A stretch of DNA of 56,732 nucleotides, filler included, from Piptocephalis cylindrospora (lineage: Eukaryota): the NCBI GenBank assembly GCA_003614145.1. It is 4 parts of 4 records of this genome, joined end to end, with 100 filler letters (N's around TTAATTAATTAA, not from the genome) between each part and the next. Parts side by side here need not be neighbours in the genome. Positions count along the whole stretch, not along the records: positions 42,685 to 56,732 come from KZ987930.1; 3 more parts are not named here. One strand, 5' to 3'. A program made the translations under genes and the position numbers. The first letter of the stretch is position 1; the number at the start of each line of letters is the position of its first letter. Shown here piece by piece: positions 46,489-56,732 of the stretch. The notes below the pieces were generated by a model, which made no database searches, was not told where the DNA came from, and saw only the letters and a program-made list of their open reading frames with translations.

Positions 46489-47259
46489 ATGATCACCCTT
46501 TGTAACCCTCCGGATGCGAGAATGACCCGCGCCTCCAAGCCCACTTTAAGCCTAAAGCAAGATGGGCAGACGCTGAGTCAGCGGCTACTCACTCAGCTGG
46601 ACCCATGGATCCAACCCTCGTCCCAGGAAAAGAAGAATCCGGGATCTAGCGTCCTCCATCTCCTAGTCACCACCTACGGTGTCATTCATGCCGTAGGTAT
46701 TGATAGCACCCCTATGGATCAAGACCTCTACCTGGGTCACTCCATCTTCCGGCACGTCTCCCCCTCCCAGGTCCCCATCCTGTGTCGATCCCTCCTTAAA
46801 GCTCAAAAGTGCGGGTATGGTCAATGCCGTCTGGATTGGCTGTCCGACCCCTCCCACTCTTCTTCTGACCTCCCCTCGGATCATGCCGCCCAGCCACTTC
46901 ACTGTACCATCCTACCCAGATCCAACGAATATCTGGCATGTCGATTAGAACCATTTCTCCCATTCGATCAGCATACCATAGCTTCATCACCACTCCGTGT
47001 CCCTGATGCGGACTATCACTGTCCAGCAAGGAAGACGATCTCTTCTCCTTGCAAGAAACGGTTCGAGGGTGAGCAATGCAACTCTCCAGACCCCTCCTCC
47101 CCACCCCTCCTTCATCGTATTTATCATCAAATCCAAGGGGCCTTCCAAGGCTCCACACCTCATCCACCCTTTGGTCGCAATTGGCCTCTCTCATTCGTCG
47201 ACATGGCCATGGCCCTCTCTTCCTCTGTTGTCTATGAGGTTTATTATGAGTTGCTATAA
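46489..47259 (+). CDS. Hypothetical protein with a possible PAS-like segment
   Basis: Intronless 256-aa ORF downstream of TATAAA (46361) and a CT-rich leader; LLVTTYGVIHAV...YLGHSIFRHVSPSQVPIL resembles a PAS core. Confidence 0.55.
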   Translation: MITLCNPPDARMTRASKPTLSLKQDGQTLSQRLLTQLDPWIQPSSQEKKNPGSSVLHLLVTTYGVIHAVGIDSTPMDQDLYLGHSIFRHVSPSQVPILCRSLLKAQKCGYGQCRLDWLSDPSHSSSDLPSDHAAQPLHCTILPRSNEYLACRLEPFLPFDQHTIASSPLRVPDADYHCPARKTISSPCKKRFEGEQCNSPDPSSPPLLHRIYHQIQGAFQGSTPHPPFGRNWPLSFVDMAMALSSSVVYEVYYELL

Positions 47260-48058
47260 GCCGTATCTTTCATTCTCTTTAGATCACTATGGAGGAGTGG
47301 GATGAAGAGCTTCTGCTCCTATAATGTACTGCTTTACAAAGACACTCAAAGTGCTTTACCCAAAAGTTCCCTGGCACCATGCATTCTAGTGGCTAGGCGG
47401 TCGTACGTTAGGAGACCCACTAGTCCATTATGTAACGTGAAAATAGAGTCATTTTATTATTATCTTATCAGAAAGGACGAACGATAGATGAATATAACCT
47501 TGATATTCTCCCTCAATGGGACAGGCTGTTAGGCATCCGAACACATAGCCCGCCCGGGGAAAGTAAAATGGCTTTACTACTACTATTACTCTTTTTTCTT
47601 GAGTAAGAATACTGAGAGCAGCCCAATCGTTGTCATCAGCACCTTAAAAACCCTGATCGATGTCCTTTTCCCTTCATCCCGTCACTACTATTCACGCTGA
47701 ACATACTCTGTGTGTTTCCTCACACATACACTTTCCTCCCAGACGTGATCAGCATGTGTGCTGCGATGATTGCGGTTGCTGGGGCGCAAACCGTCCTCCG
47801 CCTCTCCCGTCAAAGACACGCCCTCTTCCCCATTTCACTTAGCACTCTGTGTCCCTGAACTTTCCTCCTCCTGGTCAAATCACGCTGATCCCCAGACGAA
47901 CAGGGAAGGCTTGATCCAGTCTCATATTCTTTTTGTTCATCTGATCCATCTGATTTCTGTTGTTTGCTTTCATCTCTCTTTCTCTCTCTCTCCCTCATCC
48001 TCACCCTCTCCTCCATCACCTCCCTCCTCTCGCTTACCTTACTCCCTCCCCACCTAGG

Positions 48059-51000
48059 ATGAACACGGTTCGTCAAAAGTGGGCCCTGTACCAAAGTTAC
48101 CGTAAGGTTCAAAGGCACTGGGAGACCTACCAGGCTCTCGAAACTGAATCGTACGTCTGATCCCCTTTCCCTTTGTTCCTTCCATCCCGCTTATCCGTTT
48201 CCCTCCTCCCTTTCCCAGAGAGCAGGAAGAGGCCTTGGATGTTTATCTAGCCACCTTTCATCAAACCTACCAGGACTGGGCTTCCTCTGGTCTGGTCACT
48301 CAGACTTCCATGGATCCCTTGGTCGATCGTGTCTTTGGCGACTGCACTCCCATGCTTATCCAAATCATCCATCATATCGACAGGTAACGTCCCATCCTCT
48401 CATATCCCATCTATCCCATTCCTCTCATAATCTAACCCCCATCTCCTTCCTAGCTTGATCCATCGTCCTTCTGACAAGGTGGATACGCACCACTCTGAGA
48501 AGTTGGGTCGGGCCTTGGATATGGTAGAATTGCTTGTCAGAGAGGAAAAGTATCAGAGGGCCTTGGCTTCGCACCCTACCTCCCTAGGTCAACTCCTACA
48601 ATCCCTTCAGCACAGCCCCTCCCCCTTACCCTTCCTAAGGATCATTGCCTCCTTGGGTCAACTTCCAGATGCATCGGCTCAATTGGGCCTCCAACGCGGT
48701 TTTCGTATCCTGACCCTCTGTATGGCCGATCCTGACCCAGACATCTCATTGCAAGCCCTCATTACCCTTCGTGATATCCTGCGCGGTGTCACCCCATATC
48801 TCCACTCCAATCTCCTTGGCCCGACCAAGGAGATGCTTGCCCTACTTGCCCCCTATCCCCCCCTTGCGGAGGATGAATCCTTTGTTGATTCATCCAATCC
48901 AAATCGTCCTCCTTCCCATCCTTCCATCCTTCCCCACTCCTCTCATCCCTACCCGTCCACTCGGACCCCCACTAGACCTCCCAAGGCAAGGTCCATCCTT
49001 TCCACCCTCTCTTCCACCCTCTCCCTCCCCTCCGCCTCGGATCCTCCCCCCTCCCGCCAACGCACACTAGGCTCAAGTGGGGCGCGGGATGGAAGGAGAA
49101 ATATCCACCATGGCAAGAGGGGACGGGGTAAAAGGAGGAGGCAAAAAGGTAATCCTAGGCACTCGGACGATACTGCATCCACCGATTGGGCCTGGGGAAA
49201 TCGGGTCTCCCATCTCGTTACCGAAGTTCGTGGTATCCTCGGCGGATCTCCTCACGAATCAGGCCCCTTTCTCCCCTTCTCCTCCCGACCTGTCTCTCCA
49301 TCCTCCTCCCTTTCCTCCACCACCACCTCCAACACCTCCTTTTCCTCTTCCTCCTCCTCCCCCTCCCCCTCCATCTCATCCTATTCAATCGCCTCGGTCG
49401 CCACAGCCACCTCCTCCCCCCTTGCCCATCCTCCCTATCCTCAACAACAGGCCCAGAGCCCCATGCATCCACGTCCTGTCTTCTCAGGCCATTGGAAAAT
49501 ACCTGAGGAGGACGTCATCCTTCAGGGCCTTACCTCCATTACCGTATATGTGTCGGGAGCGGAGATCCCCTCTCCACCCCATCATAATCATCACTCTCCA
49601 TCCCCTCCGAGGGAGAAGCGCCCCATTCCATCCAAGAACCTATCTCATGATTCATCCCATCCCCCTCTCATCCCCTCCTCCCCTTCCTCCTCCACATCCT
49701 CGGCCATCCCTCAAGAAACCAGTATGGGGCTCCTAAGGAGACTTTCCTCCAAGCTTCAATTGCATCGCTCCTCCTCTTCCACCTCCACCTCCTCTGCATC
49801 CTCCTCCTCCCCTTCCCTCCTCCATTATCATCTGCATGATCGGCCCTCCCTTCTCCCTCCCTTTCCTGTCGATGGGGCTGAGGGTCTTTCCCCCACCTTG
49901 CCCATCCATACCTCACCCACCACTACCGCCTTTATTCCATCTTCCCCCTCATCTACCTCCATTTCCTCTTCCCACTCTTCCTCATCCTCCTCTGCCTCCT
50001 CCACCATATCCTCTCTTTCTTCATCAGATTCCCTAGGAGGGGAGCCAAGCTTACGTGTTCGGGAATTCATCGGCATTCAAGGGGGCCTTTCTTCCCTTAT
50101 CTCTATCTTACGCAAGATAATATCCCTGGACCCTTCCTCTTCTCCTTCCTTTTCTCTCCCAGAATATTTGACATCCCTTACGAATGCCCTAGAGTGTCTA
50201 GCTAGACTCTTGGACGCTCATCCCATTCATCAGGCCTCCTTCGGCGAATCCGGTGGCTGGGATGTGGTGGAGAGAGCCATTGAAGCCTCCTACATTATGG
50301 CTCGCTCCCATCTCTCTTCGGGCCCTTCGTCATTCGAGGGATGGTCTGAACCTCCGCTACTCACCGAATCCCTTTATTCCATGTACAATATCCTCTTTAC
50401 ATTGTGTGTCAAGGGTGCTAAGGATCAAGACACTGAGGGAAAGGGAACAGGGGACACGGCTTCGCAAGAAGTCCTGGTCCTTCTTTTCCGTCTAGCAAGT
50501 CAATCCCCTTTTCTTCTTCTGAGGCACCTTGCTCTTACCACCCTCCAAGACATCCTCAGCGCCCACCCTATTCTCGCTACTCTAGCCTGGGGTTCCGGAG
50601 GAGTCGGATGTCTCATGAGTCAGGTTCGTCGTGTTTACTCCGAGTCTCATCAGCATCATTATCGGGGTGAAGGAGAAGAGAAGGAGCTTTACACTCTCTT
50701 GGGCCTTTCATGGGACGGCTGGCACCGTCCTCATCCCATCTCCTCCTCCTCCCCCCCACCTTCTTCCCTTCCACGTGACACTTCTTCCCCTGGTTCCATC
50801 CTCCTTACCGATCATCTCGACCGGTCCAATGGTCTTACCTACGTTGCTTCCCTTATTCAACTTGTAGAGTTTATTGCAATCCTCCTCCCCAGACATAATA
50901 TTGGCATTCTTCAAGCTTGGACCGAGATGATGCTTCGGTGGGCTGAGCATTCCCCAGGTGATCCCGAGGGCATCCTTACTATGCTTGTCCTTTCCAGTGT

Positions 51001-54000
51001 TCGACGAATTCTTGGTGTAAGTCATTATGGGATTTTCATGGGAAAAGGTCGAGGATAAATAAGAGATCCACGAGGGTGAATGAGGAGAGTTCATTCAATT
51101 TACATATTCGCCCATTTCTCTCCCAATAGGAAAGCGCTCATGGAACCATGGATTCTCTCATATCTTTACTCCCATCCTATTTAAAATTACTTCGGAATGC
51201 CTATGGGATGAAGAATAAGGAGATGGCTCAAGGGGAGGATAAGGAAGAAGAAGAAACCGGGATGGCGGATCAAATGGTCTCCCATTGGCATTACTCCACT
51301 CAGCTTCCTTCAGACTCCGGGGAAATGTCTCCTTCAGCCGTGAGGGTTATCTTAGCCAGAGAAAGGGTTCTAGGGCTTTTAGAGTGCCTGGGGCTTTTCC
51401 TAGGCAAGGGTATGAAGGGAAGAAGAAGCCCGGGTATACTGGATACTGTCTACCCCACCCTTTATCCCATTCTTCTTGCCTCCACCCCCTGGTGCTGGGA
51501 TTGGGAGGAGGTGGCTGTGGAGGAGGAGGGGGATGAGGAAAGATTTCCTGGACGGAGAATTAAATGGGAGTATGCAAAGGGATATGAGACCATGCTAGCC
51601 GAGTTGACCCTATGGATCCTTCAATCTATCTTCCTTTCCATGGAAGAAGAGGAGGACGACGAAGAGGGAAAGATGAATGAAGCGATTTCTGAAGGGATGA
51701 AGGTACATATAAACACTATGTGACCGTGATGTTGCCTTTTATACTCACTACTAACCTTTCACACTTACAATTTAGTGGATTTTAAAATTGTTGGAAACCA
51801 TTCTCATGCGTATCAATTTGCGTGGGGGTACCCGAATGTCCCTGGAGGGTCCAGAGGAGGAGCGAGGAAGAGTCCCACAGCCCCCGGGTAGGCCCGAGTA
51901 CCCTTGGTTCCAGTACGTCGTTTGTGGCATGCTATCCTCCCTTTTTCGCCATTCCCGTCGTGTAAAGCGAATATTTGGAGAGATGGGTGGGATGCAGCTT
52001 CTTCTTGGTATTCTTGGGGTAAGTTTTCCTCGGATAGTATGCGTGATGATGCACGGAATAATCCCCTAACCATCTATGCTCGCCCTTTCTATGTAGAGTA
52101 CGGGCGATCCCGTAGTGTGCCAAGCTGCCCTGATGGCGGTTGGTGATTTCTTCACTGGGTATCAGGGTACAAATGAGTTGCTGGGTGAAGGATTTGGATA
52201 TGAAGGGTTTCTCGAGTTAGTCTTGTCGTCTTGTCGACCTATCGATCGGTATGTTTGATGGAACTTGACAACGGGTGAGGTTATGGGATTTATGCTTATA
52301 CCATCCTCCTCGATCCTAATTCCTCCTTTAATTAGGCTGTCTTGTGAGGTACTTTTGGAAGTAGCCACCGTCGGTCGAGTAGTTACCAACCCACCTGATC
52401 CTAGAAATCCGACTCGGGGAAAGGGAAAAGAAAGAAAGAGAGGAGGTGGTAAACGTCCCTCTCGTCCACGCATCAATGGGGTCAAGGGCTACGCTCGCCG
52501 AATGGAGGATCCTCCCAGGCTCTATCTTCAACCTATCCCTTTCGCCCCATGGAGAAGGCCGGGCTATGGGTAAGTTCAACCTTCTCCACGCTCTAGGTCA
52601 TGGGTAGATACTGATACGCATTCTTTATCAATCCGCATTGCTTTTCTCATCCTGTAGTGGGATGGAGAAGAAGATTCAGAGGAGTGTGGAGGCCCCTGAT
52701 ACAATTACCACAGCCTCCCTTATCTCTCACATGGAGGAGGATGGAATGGGTAGAAACTATGTCGCCTTTTCTGGTCCACGTCGAGCATCTCAACCACCAT
52801 CTCTTTTTGGTGACTTGGGTCGTCGTGGTTCAAGGCCCCCTTCCCTCTTCAGCGACTCCCATCGCCGAGAATCCAGGCCTCCTTCGCTCTTTAGTGACCC
52901 GAGTCGTCGGGCTGGCTTAACCACCACAATCACTACCCCCTCCGCCACCACCACCCCTCCACGAGATACTCTGTCCATAAGATCAATGGGCCCTTCGAAC
53001 CCCCCTATTAAAGGTTCCAGAAGAGGGGGGACGAAGGGAAGACCTAGGTCCATTTCTTCGCTGACGATTTCCTCCAAGACTATCATGTCCTCGGGAGGAG
53101 GTGGAATCAGCCCTTTTACTGGAGGAAGAGAGGAAGACGACGTGGCCCATCCCTTCCTCGAGGGTCTTGATATGGAAGACACAGGGGGAAGGCCTGGGGC
53201 TGAAGGCGATATAGAGATTTCGAGTCTCCCCAAGGCCCCCCTTTACTGCGCAAATGCCACCTCTGCCATCACTACCACCAATTCCACCACCTCATCACTT
53301 TCTTCCTTATCTACTAGTCCCCATCCTCCCTCTCAGAACAATCCTTATGCCCTCACGACGTGGAGGCAGGATGAGAGTGGTGGTGAAGAAATTGGGGAGG
53401 GAGAAGAAGATGGCTTGGTGATGACTGGGGAAGAGGAAGAAGAAGGGATTCATCCAGACCAAGCTGATTGGACTAGTGACACCGAAGATGAAGAAGAGGA
53501 GGATGAGGACAACAAAGTGGCTCACTCCTCCTATCGCCGTCCCCATACCCCTTACCCTCCCTCTCCTCTCCAAGGTATTGGATTTAGGGACGCAGAGGCT
53601 GCTGGAATGATCGTATCGGCAATATTAAAGCTGGAGCAAGTGGATCTCCTCCATGCTCGGGAGCTCCTGCGCCTTGTCCAACGAATGGTCCGACTCAGCA
53701 AAGCCAATGCAGCTAGTCTCCTTGTTTCCCCCGGGGCTTGGCAAGGCCTAATGACCCTAGCCATGAGAGATAGGGACGAGACCCTGGGCTGGGAAGCCCT
53801 TGAACTACTCCTCTCTCTGGGTCAATACGATCTTGGCCCCAAGGGGGTAAGGCATTTAATCCGTGAGGCCTTAGCCATTGGGGGCCCCGAAAGGAGGAGG
53901 GCTATGTGGCTCTTGGAACTTTTGGCCCGGGAGCGGGGACCAGAGGACTACTGGAGCTTCGAAGAGGGCTTTCTCGGACAATTAAACCTCCTTCCTCGGA

Positions 54001-56732
54001 TGACCTGGGAGGGAGATATGACATGTGCATTTTGGTTCAGGCTTGGCCGACTCCCCGAGGGTTGGGGTCCAGGGGGCATCGAGGATATTGGGCTGATCCG
54101 GTGCGTGGGTGATGCAGGTATCCTTGATGTACACATCCGATCCGTTCCTGGGAGCGGTGAGGGCGGTGGGTGCTTGTGTGTTCGGAGGCAAGGATCTGAG
54201 GAAGCGCCAGAGGATGCTGTCTTTGACGGAATCTTTGACCTGGGCAGGACTGGGGTATGGAGGCATGTAGTTCTTGTTATTCACCGAGGTCCTTCCTGGT
54301 CCATGACCCTATGGGTGGATGGGGAGTGCGCGGGCAGTCATGTATCCCCCGGTGTAGACTCTCGGGCTCGGGCTGAGCGAGTGGATCTAGTTCAGGTGGG
54401 GGGAGAGGAATCCCGAAGGCTGTGTGGGGACCTTGGACGGATCTATCTTAGAACCGGGGCCTGGACGGCTGATCGGATTCGACAGGAGTACTGTCGATGG
54501 TCAGGTGGACTTGGACCTGACGGCTCAGAGGAAGAGGTGGAAGTAGTAGAGGAAGGAGGAGGTGAAGGAGTAGAGAAGGATTTAGGGATGAGAGGAGGAC
54601 CTGAATCAGTGGATTGGACAATTTTGCTGAGCCCACGCAGGATAGAAGCCATCAGGATGGGTAGTAAGGAGGCTGAAGTTGAGAGGGAGGGATGGAGCTG
54701 GGCTGATCCCCTCCTTGATCCATCTCTCTACTGCGTTGCCGCTGGAAAACTCGGAGTGAAGGAGGACTCAGAAAGTCGGTCCTCGGGTTCTCCAATCCAT
54801 GATATTGATAATCTAGGAGCCCTTAGTAGCCGATATGGGAGGGGCTGTACAGCTCATGGGACAAGGTCCCTTCATTCTATTCTTGGGGATTGCTCCCCTC
54901 TCATATTTACCCTTTTGGCCTCCACTCCCATCTTGGATCCTCACACGATTTCATGGGTCCCCGAGGCCTTTCGAGCGATGGTGTCGGCCGTCCTTAGGGG
55001 TGGAGATTGTGGAAGGGGGTTCGCGGCTTCAGGCGGTTATTTGGCCCTAGGATGCACCCTTCGAGGGGAAGGGGTCAAGGTGGGATTTGAAGAGGTTGAG
55101 GGCCTCCTCTCCTTGGCCATCCCTGGATTCTGGGGGAAGGCTGTCAAGGGGGATGACTCTACCTCTGGGAAGGATTCATCAAGTCCGGTCCATCAAGGCT
55201 ATCCAAGAGACTGGAGGGCCGTTCGACTGCTTCTAGATATATTTCCAGGCATTAAGGACCGGGGAGTTCAGTTGCATGGCGTCCGGTCCCTAATCGAAGC
55301 CATCCTTTACGATACTTCTCATCTTCATCAAGCTTCCGGTTCTCGTAGGGTAGCTGGTAGCTGGTCCCCATTATTTTCCTCCAAATCCCCAGCTCCTCTC
55401 GCCAACAGCCCCTCCCCTATCCTTCCGGGCTTACGGGCCTGGCGAAAGATGTTTGGGGTAGCCGGCATTGGTGTTCTTCTCCTCGGGGTGGCTGTGGAGT
55501 CTCGAGGTGTGGTACTACGACTGGTGGATGCGCTTCTAGAGGCTCCAGATCTACGAGTGGAGGAGGTGAGGGAAGTTTTGGGTCTAGTAATGGCTCCGGC
55601 CATCCCGGATGAGGTGAGAGTTGCAGTTGCGGGAAGGCTACTCCGAAAAGCTAGAGTGACCCCTCGGTTAGTGGAACGAATTAAAACAGCTGGAGGCCTG
55701 GGCCTTCTGCTTGTCGGTGTAGATGGGAATGTGGAAGCCCTGAGACTGGTGATGCTTCGGCTTCTTGGAGTTCTCATGTCCACGGGTCACCGGGCCTCCC
55801 GAACTATGCTGACCCGAGCATGGGGCTTTGAGGCCCTGCGGCTTTTTCTTTCCCCATACGTCCTCACTGGGGAAACGGCCCAGGTGCTTCTTGGTCTTGC
55901 TCTCGACTTTTACCGTATAGGGGATCGAGTAGGACAAGCTGAATCAGGAGGACATCGTAGAGATAATCACCTTTCCCCCAAATCAGCCTTGACCCCCTCT
56001 TCTCCATCGGCTTCCTCCTCCCCCTCCTCCTCTTCCTCTTCCCAGCCCCATTTACCTAAGCTTACAGATCCGTTAGCCTTCCCCGAAATTCTTCATCTCC
56101 TCTTCCAATTACTTCAGGAAGATTGTGCAAGATCCGAAGATGACGGAGCCTCTGTGGCCTCCAATCCTGACAAAACTCTTTATGGCATTCTTGGAGACCT
56201 TCGAGTCATTCTCTCCACCCCAGGGAACATGGATGCATTGTGGCAGCATGCTTGGCCCGATTGGTTCTGCTCTTTTTTACTACATCCCACCATCCAGAGT
56301 AGAGGAGATTACGCACGGATTGTGGATCTAATGGAGCCACTTATCCAACGGATGATGGCGTACGATCTAGCTAGGCCCTCCTCCTGCATCATGCGCCTCA
56401 AGGGCACTCTGACCGAGGAGCCTGCCCATGCTTCCAAGCTGGTGGCCATGCTCCTTTCTTGGTATGAAAGACACCCTTATCTGCAGGATGTGGAAGGACC
56501 AGAGGTTGGGGGGGCTGAGGGTATCCTCAAGGGCCTGGTTCTCTTGCAGAGAGCCCTTGAGGAAGCGGGTCTAGTGGGGAAGGTGAGATTGGACCGAGCT
56601 TTCGCCACTACCATCCACACTCTTGCCTCGCACAACGGACCACATGTCCGGACGCTGATGCGATCCCTAGGGGTCTTGGACCTTCGGGATCGGCTGGTTC
56701 TCCGTTTACTCCTAGAGGCCTCGGAAGACCCC
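48059..56732 (+). CDS. Large ARM-repeat / ConA-like protein, probable N-terminal part of a BEACH-domain protein (3' truncated)
   Basis: Multi-exon from ATG 48059. The last exon starts at 52658 and appears open to the window end (absent from the ORF track because it has no stop). ARM-like motifs (FGESGGW, FGEMGGMQLLL, GGYLALG) and a LamG/ConA-like WRHVVLVI...TLWVDG segment match the BEACH-family layout; the PH-BEACH-WD40 region itself is not in the window. Confidence 0.65.

Overview
Eukaryotic, fungal-type DNA with short GT-AG introns and a fused TrpA-TrpB. The gene content (ABCD4-like transporter, 7TM-RGS, a kinase C-terminal domain of a type I recall from Mortierella) suggests an early-diverging fungus, possibly Zoopagomycota; that taxon call is inference. 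The window is four contigs (1-14163, 14264-28419, 28520-42584, 42684-56732) joined by N-TTAATTAATTAA-N linkers in decreasing size order, so adjacency across linkers is meaningless. Housekeeping genes: CK2-alpha, Cdc7/Cdc15-like STE kinase, glutaryl-CoA dehydrogenase, Kv-beta-type aldo-keto reductase, importin-7/Nmd5, ABCD4-like ABC transporter, tryptophan synthase, 7TM-RGS, Ada2, Rps11, dynactin p24 and a partial BEACH-type gene. Most notable: (1) a hand-assembled ~26-exon secreted-protein gene, missed by the ORF track, built mostly of symmetric phase-0 exons including four consecutive 12-nt microexons; (2) an intact aldo-keto reductase gene plus a 153-bp tandem array enclosed by ~500-bp inverted repeats and a 14-bp direct repeat; (3) a helical-NTD + pseudokinase (HCN) + conserved C-terminal domain protein; (4) an AUG-less in-frame extension with a hydrophobic helix upstream of CK2-alpha; (5) an internally deleted Tc1/mariner element.
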